Below are positions 1-13,300 of a stretch of DNA of 32,000 nucleotides, one piece after another. Origin of the DNA: Patescibacteria group bacterium (GTDB lineage Bacteria > Patescibacteriota > UBA1384 > XYA2-FULL-43-10); assembly GCA_041674405.1 (NCBI GenBank), contig JBAYVT010000004.1:1-32000 (forward strand), written 5' to 3'. Within the stretch, counting starts at the first letter, position 1; each line of letters begins with the position of its first letter. The position numbers were made by a program, and so were the translations under genes. The notes under the pieces were generated by a model that saw only the letters and a program-made list of their open reading frames with translations, was not told where the DNA came from and searched no databases.

Positions 1-945
1 GATCGAAACTAACATATCGAGCGAAGCCAACTGATTAGATGTAATTTTCTGTAAACCTATCCCCAAAGAAACTAGAGCGACAATCGAGCCGACCCCCATA
101 GCAACGCCCAAAGTAGTCAAAAAAGCCCTAAGCCCTTTGCTTAAAAAATGGATGGAAGATAAGCGCAAGATCTCAAATATTCCCAAATGCCCGGCATGAA
201 TTCTCACATTTTTGCTTCGCGGCTGCTCTTCCGGCTTGCCAATATCTGCAACTTTCTGATTGTGCACCTCTTTGATAACCTTCCCGTCTTCCATGTACAG
301 GACCTTGTTCCCTTCATTCACAAAATCCGGATTATGGGTAACCATCACTATGGTCGTTCGCCATTTCTCACTTATCTCTTTTAAGATACTCATGATTTCC
401 TTGCCTGTCGGCACATCCAAGTTGCCTGTCGGCTCGTCAACCAAAAGAATATCTGGATTCGTAATCAGCGCCCTGGCTATGGCAACCCTTTGTTGCTGCC
501 CACCGGAAAGCTGCGAAGGTTTATGGCGAGCGCGATCTTTAAGCCCCAATAAAGACAAGTATTGAATCGCTTTTTTTCTCGCCTTTCTTGATTTTTCCCC
601 TTGAAGCAAAAGCGGCATTGCCACATTATCTCTAGCAGTAAGAGCATCAACTAAATTAAACTGCTGAAAAACCATTCCGATTTTTTGGCCTCGGAATTTT
701 GCTTGGTTTTTGGGCTTTAGCGCATTAATATTTATACCTTCAAGAAAGATCTTCCCATCTGTGGGCCTTTCTAGCCCAGCGAGAAGCGAAAGTAAAGTTG
801 TCTTACCACATCCTGACGGGCCGTACACAACAACGAACTCACCTCGATATATATCCAGGTTTATCTGTTTTAGGGCGGGTACGTTAATACGCCCAACCCG
901 ATAAGATTTATTTATGCCTTCCGCAGTTATTTCTGGTCTGTCCAT
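1..945 (-). CDS. MacB-type ABC transporter: N-terminal ATPase fused to an FtsX-like permease (3' end runs off the window)
   Basis: Hand translation from the ATG at 945 (GAGG upstream) gives MDRPEITAEGINKSYRVG. In frame are Walker A GPSGCGKTTLLS (about 790-825), the ABC signature LSGGQQQRVAIARAL (about 470-513) and Walker B ILLVDEPTGN (about 421-450). The frame stays open to nt 1 and enters LRAFLTTLGVAMGVGSIVALVSLG, which looks like the first TM helix of MacB/FtsX permeases. It is absent from the ORF track because there is no stop inside the window. The plus-strand ORFs at 187-904 are its antisense shadows. Confidence 0.85.
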   Translation of the reverse strand, partial: MDRPEITAEGINKSYRVGRINVPALKQINLDIYRGEFVVVYGPSGCGKTTLLSLLAGLERPTDGKIFLEGININALKPKNQAKFRGQKIGMVFQQFNLVDALTARDNVAMPLLLQGEKSRKARKKAIQYLSLLGLKDRARHKPSQLSGGQQQRVAIARALITNPDILLVDEPTGNLDVPTGKEIMSILKEISEKWRTTIVMVTHNPDFVNEGNKVLYMEDGKVIKEVHNQKVADIGKPEEQPRSKNVRIHAGHLGIFEILRLSSIHFLSKGLRAFLTTLGVAMGVGSIVALVSLGIGLQKITSNQLASLDMLVSI

Positions 946-1202
946 TTTGAATCCGCCTCTAATTCTTCTTCGTACTTGCTCAGATGGACAACTTCCCATA
1001 ACGCTTCAAAAACTGCGATGCAAGTTGCTAGTATTATCAAAGCTGTAATAAAAATTGCCCCAGAAATTAATGCTTTTCGCTCAAGTCCGCCATCGGCATA
1101 AATTACCAGAACATAAATTCCGGCACCGACAAGACCAGTGGAAAAAATAATCCCCAGCGAAAGGATAAGGACTGCTCCAATTTTAATCAACGAATTTCTC
1201 AT
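927..1202 (-). CDS. small membrane protein (91 aa, 2-3 predicted TM helices), function unknown
   Basis: ORF with an ATG start and two long hydrophobic segments (IGAVLILSLGIIFSTGLVGAGIYVLVIY; GAIFITALIILATCIAVF). Its stop overlaps the MacB-like start by 19 nt, which suggests translational coupling. No recognisable SD. Confidence 0.5.
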   Translation of the reverse strand: MRNSLIKIGAVLILSLGIIFSTGLVGAGIYVLVIYADGGLERKALISGAIFITALIILATCIAVFEALWEVVHLSKYEEELEADSKWTDQK

Positions 1203-1234
1203 GACTATATAGACTCAATTACCTCTATTCACAA

Positions 1235-1260
1235 GATCCTTCGACTTCGCTCAGGATGAC
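1235..1260 (-). repeat. mini-palindrome element GTCATCCTGAGCGAAGTCGAAGGATC (read on the minus strand)
   Basis: Arms ATCCT/AGGAT around a GAGCGAAGTCGA loop. It has the same architecture as the GTCATTGCGAG...GCAATC copies at 19498-19535 and 23715-23785. Confidence 0.5.
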
Positions 1261-1273
1261 ACTTCTGTGTCAA

Positions 1274-1317
1274 TTTATGGACTTTCGACTTTATGGACTC
1301 AATAGACTTTATGGACT
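1274..1317. repeat. three direct copies of TTTATGGACT (GACTTTATGGACT in copies 2 and 3), spaced 16 and 18 nt apart
   Basis: Exact 10-mers at 1274-1283, 1290-1299 and 1308-1317, in the 127-nt gap between the giant gene stop (1330) and the next minus-strand start (1202). Confidence 0.7.
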
Positions 1318-1329
1318 TTACAGACTATC

Positions 1330-4300
1330 TTATCCCCTCATCCACTTATCAAATCCCGATAGTGCATCTTGCAACGCTTTAACTATTATCTCGAATAATG
1401 ACATATCGGTTGGGGCGTTTTCAGCCACAAATTTTTGGATAGCTGATGTAGTAACATTTTCTCCTGATTTATCGATAGTTTTAAGCTCAAAGCTGTAGTT
1501 CCTGGTAGGCTTTAGGTTTTCGATAAGAATTGTGTGTGACTGATTTAGAGCCTCATCAAGCGGCGTTTGCAAATTTAGACTTTCTCCCTCTCCGTATAGG
1601 ACCTGTGATTTGGCTAATTTGTCAGTTTTGAACGTCACAATAACCGAAGCATTGTCCTTACTGACAGCGCCGGATTCAATCTTGATTGCTGAAATTACGC
1701 TCTTACCCGAAAGTTCATCGCTTGACACTCCGGTAAGTTCTCCGACTTTGTAAGTATAATTTGCATTGGTTTTTGCCGAAAAATCCAGATAAAAATTCTG
1801 GTCTGTCTCCCCGATTGTCACAAAGCTGCCCCCATCTTCTGACCTCTGAATACTGACATTGCCTTTGCCCTTCGGCCAATACAGCGCATAGGAAGGCTTT
1901 GTTGGGGTTGAAATATTTGAAACAAATAAAGTATCCAGGGAAGACATGGCGTTATCTGCCGCATAAACCATGTCGTGGTTTGCCGAAAAAAGATTTCTGA
2001 CTGAACTCCAGATACGGCTGAATGAATTTGAAAGGGTTTCTGCGATTAAATCAAGAATCGATTTTTGCTTTACTTTGCTTCCAGTGGTAAACGTCTGGTC
2101 AGAAGAAAAGATCTCATTGCCTCGCTTATCCTTAGAAATCACCCTGAAATGATAGGTAGTTGCCGGATTCAAATCTGGCAAGATAACCGTATGCGAAGAA
2201 TTTAAACCGGTGTCGATGTCGGTTTTTCTATCGTAATTTGCGCTTGTGCCGAATTCAACCTGCGAGGTGGCAGGCACGCTTGTTGACCAAGTGGCTTTCG
2301 CCTGAGTTTTGTCCGATATAACTCCTGAAGGCTCTACTTTGATATCAGAAATTTCAAGTTTGCCCTCGCCAATTATTGCATCGGGTAAAATGATTGTGGT
2401 ATCCCCGGCTTTTTGGCTTGTAGTACGGGTAATATCCGTATCGGCAAGCGTTGCCGCGACCTCGGGTGTTATATTGCCGGCTAAATCAACTGCTTTGATG
2501 CTATATGAAGTTTTTAAATTTGCCTGCGACAAATCAAGATAGAACGAATATCCGGTTTTCGGATCGCTAACTATACCCCCGGTTATTCCATTCGGGCCGA
2601 CATTTAAGGCAGATCCGTTTTTAGAAACCACATATCCTTTGAGGCCCGAGATTGCATCAGTTGATGATTTCCAAGCGATCGCTGCAGCAAAAATATTATC
2701 AGCCCTGTCTGAAACATCGTACATTACGGCATCTTCCGGTCTTCCCGGTGCAGTCGTGTCGATTGCAATTATATATTCGTCTGACGAGGCGCTGATATTT
2801 TCCATTTTGTCAGAAGCGCTAACGCGCACAAAATAGGTGCCGTCAACCCCGAATTCATATGCAAATGAAGTTGTTCCCGCATCAATTTCTGCTTCCGAAA
2901 CAACATCATTTCTTCCCGATGCAGAGCCGATATTTATGATGTAGTTCTTAAGGCCAGAATTTATATCTTCAGACGCAGACCAGTTAAATGTCAATTTTCT
3001 GGCTGTGGCAACAATATTTCCGTTAATGTTTTGGGTCGTCTCTGTGACGCCTGGCTTTCCTGGCGTAGTCGGATTATCCGAATCAGCACGTGCAGTCACT
3101 TCGTTCGACACGCCGCTTTCGTTGCCGACCCCATCCAGTGCCGTTACTTTGTAATAATAATCTATGTTGTTAGTCGCATCAGGATCAACATATGTTGCTC
3201 CGCCTCCATAAATTTCAAATGTTTTGTTCGCAGAACCAAGATCAAATCCGGCCGCTGCTCCGCGATACACTTTAATTTTCAAAAGATCAGAATCAGAAGG
3301 ATTAGTCCAGGAAAGAGAAATGGTGTGATTACCGGCTTGTGCAGAAAGAGCTGTTGGGTCAGCCGGAGCGGCGCGATCTAGTGTGATTGATTGCGAATAG
3401 GTAGCCGACTCGTTGCCGTACTGGTCTTTGTATTTGAGACATATTGTGTAGGCGGCATCGACATCAGGCAGCGCCAGGCCGATACTAGAAGCAACACCGA
3501 TGTAATCGCTGTCCGAAAAATCAGAATTAGTCGAAGCAATTACCTGTGTAGCAGTGCCGTAAGTCAAATTTAGTGATAAATCGCGAGAATTCGTCGTTGA
3601 TCCTTGCGCAATCGCAAACGAGCCTGACGGTGCGGGATTATCGTTAATGATCGTAAATGTGAGCGTGCTGGTCGCGCCAATAGAGGTATTTACAGGATTG
3701 GAAAGTGTGAAGACGATAGTTTTGTTCGAGCCCACAAGGTGATTGTTGATCAGCGTCAAATTAACACTAACTCCATTCTGTCCATGGGCAATACTCGCAG
3801 TACCATTGGTAAAAGTGTAATCGGTATCTTTAACTGCCGTACCACCAGTAGCTGCGTAATCAACAGAGGCGTCTGTGCCGGATATTTCAGAAAGGTTAAT
3901 TGAAATGTTATTGGATCCAGAAGAAATTGAATTCTGGCTGGTTGCAGCAGCAAATTGCACGCTTGGATATCCAGTAATGGTGTGGACCAAAGCAGACATC
4001 GAAGTCTCAGCACCATCATTGTTTTCGGCTTTCATTTGATAAGCATACTCCGTACCAGCGGTAAGGCCGGAATTAGTAAAGCCCGAAGCCCCACCCCAGT
4101 CCGAATATGTTTGCCAATCAGCATCGTTTTGCAGGCTTCCATCAGCATGTTTGACATACTTTCCAAGAGTCTCATTATATATTGCATATCTGGTGCCAGC
4201 CGGATTGGAATTTTGATTTATGAAAATTTTAATCGCACTAGCTGAAACGGCAGAGGCATCTGGGGCTCCAGGCACATTTGCCAAGGTATATTTCGAAGCA

Positions 4301-7300
4301 GCCAAAGATGGGGCTGCCAAAACACCATCGCCGTTTCTTGCCCTAACCACATAGCTATAAGAAGTGTTGCTGGATAGTCCAATATTGGCTATTCCAGAAT
4401 CTCCGCCCCAACCTTCTCTTGTTTGCCACGTTGCAAAGGCGCTCAATGTACCATCGGCTTTAAGATATTGTCCAGCGGCTGAGTTATAGATAATAAATTC
4501 GGTACTAGCCGGATTTGAATTTGCATTTATTATTATTGTTAAAGAGCTAGAAGAAGTTGCATTGACGGTTGGCGAAATTGAAGCATTAGCTGGCGAATAA
4601 ACATTGGCAGTACTCGAGAAATCAGTGGTAATCATGTCGCCATTTTCGGCTTTGACCTTATATGTGTATGAGACATTCGGGCTAAGACCAACATTTATAA
4701 ATCCGCTTGCACCACCCCAATCGGCATAGAGTTGCCAGTCTGGGTCATCTTGGAGCGTTCCATCAGCGTGTTTGACATATTTGCCGGCAGTATCATTGAA
4801 AATTGCATAACGAGTATTGGCATCAGGATTGCTATTTTTGTTAATAACAATCTTAATGCCGGAAGCGGTCGCCGACACTGTCGGGGCACCAGGAATATTG
4901 GCCAGTGTATAAACCGTCTTTTGATTAGAATCGTTTGAGCCATAATCATTGAATACATTTGCGTGGCGGGTATAGGAAGTATTGGCCGAAAGCCCGGTTT
5001 CATTCCAGCCTGTTGAATCAGCAGCTAAATCATGCAAGTCTGTGTGGTCGGTGTCTTCTACTTTCCAGCCAGTCTCTCCCGAGACATTACTCCAGCTCCA
5101 ATTAACTTGTGAAGCTGATGCAGCCGTGCCATTAAAATCGTTGGGTGCAATTGGCGCAACACAGGCGCCGGTTGCGAAGTTTGAAATTGCAGACCAGCCT
5201 CCTGTACCATTTGCATCAGAGGTAGATGATACTTTCCAATAATATGTCGTCACGTCAACCAGGTCAGATAGGCCATGTTGGGTATCTGTAATATTTGATG
5301 TTGTACCAAGATTTGTTGCATTCGTATCCGTACCATAAGAAAAATTATAACTATTGGCGCCGCTTGCAGCAGCCCATGAAGCCAAAGCAGTGGTTGAACA
5401 AATATTGGATACTTGCCTGTTGGTAGGAGGTCCGGGAGGAGTAACATCAGCTCCGGCAATTGAATAAGACGTTTCTGTGCCATCGCCATTTTTGGCTTTA
5501 ATCTTAAACCAATATTGAGTATTCCAAGGCTTTCCGAACAAATTATAAGTCGTCTCTGTCTGCCAAGCCATATCCACCGGATCTTGATAATCAGTTCCGT
5601 TGGCAGAATATTGAATCCAATAATTTGTGCCTTCGGGATTATTATTTGGGTTAATCGTCACATCGAAGTGATAACCATACGCGAGGACATAGTCCCCCGA
5701 TACAGTCGGCGCAGACGGTGTATTTGCCAAAGTATACTTCGGCGCTGAATACGCTGGGTCGGAATCGCTGCCTGATCCGGCGGCAATTATCTTGGCACAA
5801 TACTGTGTGTTGATACTTTTTCCGGTCACAGACTGCAAAGTTGCGCCGGCGGCCGCTGTGTAGTCGGGCGTATCAGGATAAGTTGCAAGCGAGCAGTCAG
5901 CATTGGAATTGGTCGAAATATAGACTTTGAATCCGGTCTCATCTGAGGAGTTATCGGTCCAAGTAGCATCAAACGAGGTAGAATCGATATTACCGATGGC
6001 CGCATCCGTCGGAGCGTTGGGCTTGCAGACAGCGCTTGAACTTATCAACCAGCCAACATTGCCAGAGCCGGTTGAATATGTCGCACAGAAAGAAGCACCA
6101 GTATTTGTCGATTTTGACACATCAACATAAGTGACTGCAGTAATCGTCGTCGGGTTAAATGCCCAGTTGGTTGTGCTGGATGGTGCTAGTATAATCGGAT
6201 GGTTAGCTGCACCAGCAATGTTTACCTTATCAAAGTCGTAAGTAGAGCCGGAATGGAAAGTCAATTTTGATGATTGGGTCGTGTCTGTAAACGTGCCGTT
6301 AACAGTCGCGGAATCAGCAAATACTACGCCAGAAGCTGACGCATTGGTTGAAGTCAAATTATTGAATTCTTGAATAGAGGTCCCATTTGATGAAGTAATC
6401 GTCTGAGTGTTCGAACCATTCAGGGTCACCACTTGTGTGCCAGTGCCAGGCGTTACCGCAATTCCGGCAAAATTGATATTCCCGCCAACAGAAATTGAAC
6501 CTGTGCCGAAGTCGATGGCATTGCCTGATAGGGTCCCACTCTGGCGTAAATCTCCTGCATCAGTATGAGAACCAGACTTAAGCAATATTACTCCGCCGTA
6601 GTTATTGCCACCAAGACCAGCATATAAACCATTAGAGGAAAGATTTACTCCATTCGTATCTAAAGTAGTGGTTTTATTAGAAGTTGCACCCGAAGCACTA
6701 ATATAGCCAGTGGTAGTAATACCCGAAGAAAGTGTAAATGTCACATTGTTAGTTTTGCCTACGTACTGCACATTCATATTGCCAAAATTGTATCCGGCAA
6801 TTGTAATATCCGAATTGGGATAATATTTAAGAAATCCACCACCAGACCAAGTAACCCCTGTGTTTACTAAAGGATCACCATCAGACTTGCCCAAATCTAA
6901 ATAATGTCCTGATGACAGAACTCCTCCAGAATAGACATATAAAAAGTTACCAACATAAATTGATGTATCTAAGGTGGTAGTCTGTCCATTGTGAGCACAC
7001 TTTAAATTATAGAAATCATAAGAAACTCCCGAAACTACCGCAAGTGCTTTCACACTTCCTGTCCCAGTCAAATCAACAGTAGAAGTGCCTGATGTTTCCG
7101 TAATATTCGTTCCGCTTGAATCCCAATTGCCTGAGACAGTCCAAGTGCCGGAGCCGTATTGAAGAACTCGGGTTGTGGAGCCGGAGGCAGTCATATTTGC
7201 GCAGAAAATATTGTGTGTATCAGCATTAAATGTGCCTTTGGTCAACGTGAAATCACTATTGGCGACAATATCGCCAGCTGCGGTGTAAGTCCCCGTTCCA

Positions 7301-10300
7301 TTGAAAGTTAGTTTGTAATAAGTTGTCGCAGTGATAGTCGGCGTGCCTGCACCCCGGTATGTTATGGTCGAAGTCGAAGACGTGAAGGTGTCGTTGATGA
7401 CCAAAGGCGTACCTCCGCCCCAAATTTCTATCGTTTTGTTTGAGGCGTCAAAATTACCAGCCGTAATTGTAAGCGTTGAACCCACAGTTATATCGCCCGC
7501 AGCGGTAAAGGTAGTGCCAGCTTGGTTGAAGAAGAGGTTGTAATAGCTGGCGGCAGCGACAGTCGTAGGACCCGATCCGGTGTATCTGACATTAGAAGTG
7601 AATGGATCAAACGTTCCATTAATTACAAGCGGCGTGCCAGATCCAGATAGGTAAAGATTGGTATTGCCCACATTGAAGGTGCCCGCGTTAACTGTCAAAA
7701 CGTTGGAGACGGTGTTGTTGCCGACTTCTGTAAAGGTTGTCCCTGTGTGGTTGATATATAGGTTGTAATAAGTTGTTCCTTTTACATTTGTCGCTGATGT
7801 GCCCTCATAAGAAATGGTTGAAGTAGATGGTGTAAATGTACCAGTATTAATAAATGGTGTGCCAGAACCAGTGAGGTGAATAGTCTTGTTAGAAGCATTA
7901 AATGTACCAGCATTGTTAGTGAAAACAGATGAAACTGTAATATCGCCGGCAGCAGTGAATGTAGTACTAGTATGATCTAGATAAAGATTGTTATAAGTCG
8001 TACCAGCAATATTTGTGGCGGAGGAGCCGGTATATTTGAAAGTTGAAGTCGAAGCGGTAAGCGCCCCGCCCGGAGCAGTTGCCGTACCCAGTGAATAGAA
8101 GGAAGCTGGAGCGTTTTGGCTGTTATAATCGGTGGTAACCCAAGGCTGAGTCCAAGCGACGCCATTGCCGACTCTTAACTCATCGAAGTAGGCATTTGCG
8201 TACGACGGACCGGCATAGAGGTTTGCCCCCAAGCGCAATGATCCAGTCAAGACAGGTGCCGACGCGGATGTATTTTGCCCGACCTGAGTGGCACCGACAT
8301 AAATCGTCCAGACACCACCGGAAGTTCGAGTTATGGTAAGCTTTTTCCAGCCGAGCGTTGTTATCGAGCCGGCTGGAGCTGTTACTACGCTTCCGGCGAC
8401 ATATGGAATATCGACATTGATCGAACCGTTAGTGTTGATAGTGGCAAATATCTGGCCTCCACTAAAACCACCCGGCCCCCTGCCGATGAAAGTGCTTACA
8501 CTGCTCAATGAATTGAGATATGTCCAAGTGCCCCATGATGCAGTCGCGCTATCGAGCCCGACCGGAGAGGTCTTGGTGAAGTAGGCCGAACTGCCGTCGA
8601 GCATCATGCTTTTGCCCACTGTCCCGTTTGCGCTATATGTGACGCTTCCGCTTGGTGTCAGATCATTGATATTTGATGTGGAGTCTGTCGCATTACCGGA
8701 AGCCTGATTCATATGCCAGACACCGGCGAAGCCATTGCTCCAGACCGCCTGCTGGTCGGCGGCGGAGGGCATAGTCGCCGAAGAGTTGCCCCAATAGAGA
8801 TAAAAAGTGGAATCAGCGTCACTGCTTAAAGAAGGAGCCTTAAACCAAACTTCCATCGTGTGTCCAGTGGTATCAACGCTTACGACTTGGTTTTTCAGGA
8901 CAGTGGTTGCATTGGAGTCGGTAACGCGGATATCTTTTCCGTCAGAGGCGACCTGCGACCAGAAATCAGCAGGAATGTTGGCCTCAGTCAAAAGTACCGG
9001 AAAATCGCTTACTCCACCCGTGCCGATTTTGGTGTGGTCAATTGTAATAGTGGAGCGATGGCCCCAGCCGGTCAGCCAAGCGCCGGTAGCGCCCGGAGTA
9101 ATCACAAATGGCGTTCCACTTCCGGTTAAATTAATTGTCTTATCCGCAGCATCAAATGTTCCGGCATTAATGGTAAAAACATTTGAAACTGTAATATCGC
9201 CAGCTGCTACATATGTTTCAACCGCTTGGTTAATGTATAAATTGTAATAGGTTGCTGAAGTTACACTTGTGTTACCCGAGGCATTTCCTGTATAGCTGAT
9301 TGTCGAGGTAGACGGAGTAAACGAGCCGTTCAAAACGAAGGGGGCACCAGTTGAGCCAGCTAAGGTAATTGTTTTATTTGAAGCATCGAATGTGCCGGCA
9401 TTAACTGTTAGAACATTATAAACTACAAAATTTGCCGCTGCCGTAAAGGTTGTATTGCTATGATCGAGGTAAAGGTTGTGATAATAAACCCCGGCAACAT
9501 TAGTTGCAGCTGCACCTGTATACTTGACAGTAGATGTGGAACGATGAAAAGAGGCGATTGATGATACAAGAGGTGTACCCGATCCGGATAAAGTAATAGT
9601 ATAACTAGACGCATCAAAAATGCCTGTATTTACAGTTAGCACCGAGGAAACCGTTATGTCGCCAGCTGCCGTAAAGGTTGTGTCGGCGTAATTGAAATAC
9701 AGATTGTTGTAGGTAGTAGAAGCAACATTCGTGGCCAATGTACCCTCGTAAGAGATGGTCGAGGTCGCGGGCGTAAAGGTACCGGTCACAACGAATGGAG
9801 TAGTTGAGCCGGTGAGGTGGAGTGTTCTTGACGACGCACTAAATGCTCCGGCATTAATTGTTAACACACCACTAACCGTAATATCACCAGCGGCAGTAAA
9901 GGTAGTGCCGGTATGATCTGCAGCATAAAGGTTGTAATAACTTAAGGCATTTACATTGGTAGCGTTTGCTCCCTGAAACTTAACTGTCGACGTGCCGATC
10001 GTAAAGGTCCCTGCAATAGAGAGTGGATCTCCAGAACCTGTCAAAACAAGGGTTGTGCCGTCAAGATTAACTGTGGCCGTCGCTGGAATGACTAGATTGG
10101 GAGTTGTCGAAGTAATGCCCGCCCCCGAGTTGGGCCGCCAAGCGTTTCCGGCAAGGACATAAAGTTTTTGGTCAGTATCGGTTTGTGTTGCGCCGGTTGG
10201 AAGGGTTAGGTCCCCCGTACCAGTATTAACCTCAAAGAAAATGTCTTCATCGGAAGAAACCGAATTGTCGTATTTGGAAATATCAGTATTGGAAAGTGTT

Positions 10301-13300
10301 TGATTGTCGGCTGAACCGATGGATAAATGTTTTTCATAAAGTGCTATGCCGGATACATCACCGGAGACATATTTTGTAACCGCATTTGCTTCATTGGCAT
10401 CGGCCACGCCATCAACAAAAACCGTGATCGTATCTCCAGCTGAAGGCTGGGTGACATTTGAGATTGACCAGGACCCTCCCGAAGTTGTACCAGTAGCCGC
10501 ATCGAGGCTCCCATTGATTGCCACTTTGACCGTTTCACTATCGCCGCAGTTGGTTGACTCATCATACTGTTTGCAGGTGCCGGAAATGGTGATACCCCCG
10601 GCGGGTACTGAATAAAAGGTTGAGGCGGAACTCTGATTATTAAATTCAGTTTGAATCCAGGGCTGAGTACGAATAGTTGAAGAAGCGGTAAAATTTTCAA
10701 ACTTTGCGCCTGTTTGCGATCCTCCCCAACTATTGTGTGCCCTCTGCCCTATGCCCACGTCTATCGCTCCTGTTGCATTTGGATCTCCATTCACCGTTGG
10801 ATGGGCAACGTCTGAGCCATCGATATAGAACTTCATCGAATTCCCTGAAGGCGAGAAAGTGAGAGAAACAAAATGCCAACCCGTTGTAAGGACATTCCCA
10901 GCACCTACCCATCCGTTAACATTGTCGTAATAAGAAATTTCAGCATTGTTATAGTCCCACTCATACGAAACGGTGGAATCATTCGAATATCGACTAATAA
11001 TTTGGTGGATGCCGTCTGAAACACTTGGAAAATAAACCATTCCTTCAAAGGTTTTGTCTTGAGCGTTAAGATTAAGCGAATCACTGCTGCCGACATTAAT
11101 TGTTTGACCTGCGGTATATTGCTGCGACTTTCCGTAAAGGCCGTCGGCTTGAACAGGAGTATTTGCGCCCGATTTGCTACCTGTGTTGCCGTTTCCGCTT
11201 GAATCAGAAATAGTTGAAGTCGTCACATCGTTCATGTGCCAGACACCGGCATAACCGTTTGACCATACTCCCTGTTTCCAGGAGGCTGGCGGGGCAACCG
11301 CCCCAGTATTACCCCAGTAAAGCTTAAAAACAGTATCGCTATCGCTCGAAAGACCGTCAGCCTTGAACCAGAGTTCCATTTTTTTGTTACCCGTATCAAG
11401 AGAAACTAGCTCGTGATTCATTAGTAAGGTATCGTCGTGGTTCATTATCCTGATATCTTTGCCATCGGCCGCGACCTGGCTCCAAAACAAAGCCGGGATA
11501 TTGGCCTCGGTGACAAGAACGGGGAAGTCGGCAACTCCGCCTGTACCAACCTTCGTGTGGTCAATCGTAATCGTGGTGTTATAATCCCAACTAGTCGGAG
11601 GAATGGGTATGGCTGTAAAGTCTTTTCCTGTGAGATCAGCTCCGGAAACCGTCGCACTCAAAGTTGCCGGGGTAAATGTGTAAGCTGTCTTGGTTGGGGT
11701 CAAAGTGTAGGTTCCATCGGGTACACCTGTAATCGTATAAGCTCCATTTTCGTCAGTATCATCGGATCTGGTACCATCAGACACAGTAACGCCAGAAATG
11801 CCAGTGCTAGACCAGTCGAGTATTGTGCCTGAGATGCTGTACGATGGCTCCTCGGCAACTGCAAAATCGGTGTCGGGCACATCTGATCCGCTCAATGCAA
11901 CGTCGGTACTGGTGGGCGAGAATGTTAGCCCTTCTATGGTTGGAGTGACAGTCCATGTCATACCGCTAAGCAAAGGCGGACTCGTGTAATTACCGCCGCC
12001 ATCGGCAGTAACATGAATTGTGGTTTGGCCAGAAGCGCTGAAAGCCACATCTGCCCCCGCTGCCTGGCTTGACGCTAGATATCTGACAATTACTATACCT
12101 GAGCCACCGTGCCCGCCAGCATAACTGCCCGAGTCAGCACCTGAACCACCGCCTCCGCCGCCAGTATTTGCCGTTCCGTCGGTTCCGTTTTGAGCCGATA
12201 TGCTCCCGGCTCCGCCACCACCTTTTCCTCCAGCTTTGGCACTTCCACCACGATCTGTCCTCGCTCCTCCTCCGCCACCTCCGGCGATCCATCTTGTTCC
12301 TGAAATATCAACGCCGGCATTAGCTGCTGTGAGCAAGCTTGAATATGTTGACAAGCCATCTCCGCCAGCACCGGCAGTATCTCCAGATGCATTTCCTCCT
12401 ACAGCGCCTGCGCCACCTCCTCCTGCTCCTCCCCAACCATATGCCGATGTTTCATCACCTCCATCATTACCTTGGTTTGCAGTACCAGAACCACCACTAC
12501 CATAAGTAGTACCATCACTAGCGCTTCCGCCACCGCCACTACCACCATTACTACCTGCTGTTCCAGAATACGGCCAAGTACTAGTTGTTCTTGATCCACC
12601 ACCGCCACCACCTACAGCCGTCAAGGTGTCGACGACAGAATTTTCGCCACTTTCCCCAGGAAGTCCTCCTCCCGCTTGCGCATTCCCGGCTCCTCCCAAA
12701 CCGACAGTAACTGGATATGATCCAGCTGAAAATGAATGGGAGCTTTCATGCAATAATCCTCCAGCACCACCGCCACCAGCGAAATATCCGCCGCCGCCGC
12801 CGCCAGCCACTAAGAGAACCTCTGCTTCTGCGGCTTCGGAGACGACAAGCGTGTCATCGGATTTAAAGGTGCGGATAGTGTATGCACCATCATAGATAAC
12901 TGTTCCGCCACTCATAGGATCGGATCCTGCAGCAACGGTTCCGCTAATAATGTTAGCTGCTACTGCAGTGGAATCTTGCCCTGTTACATTTGCATTGGTG
13001 ATAGAAATATCTGATATGGTAGCGGGGGTAAAGCCATAATTAGTCTTGCTGAAAGCGAGATTATAGGTGCCAGGAACTAATGGTGTCGTGGTAAATGTGC
13101 CGTTAGCGGCCGTAGTGGCAGTTGCGCTTGAGGTGCCAGTAACCGAAACCGTAACTCCCGACAATCCGTTGCCACCGTAGGTAACGGTTCCTGATATAGT
13201 CCATCCATCTGGATCCCCATCAGTGACAGTTGGGGCTGGGGCAGCTGCTAGTGCCCATGTGCCCTGATCTGGAGTGGCAGCATTGGCATCTTTATAAACA

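Noticed and set aside
187-904. Plus-strand ORFs 187-384, 260-565 and 710-904
   Set aside because: They are antisense shadows of the minus-strand MacB-like ABC gene, whose Walker A, signature and Walker B motifs all read in one frame on the opposite strand.
7168-11592. A diversity-generating retroelement (template/variable repeat) explanation for the duplicated modules in the giant gene
   Set aside because: There is no reverse transcriptase anywhere in the window. Differences between the copies are spread over all four bases rather than being confined to adenine positions.
12093-12895. Pro- and Val-rich ORFs on both strands (12200-12505 +, 12399-12611 -, 12626-12895 +, 12093-12392 -)
   Set aside because: They are frame-shifted or antisense readings of the GGN-rich glycine domain, giving poly-P/A or poly-V/M artefacts.
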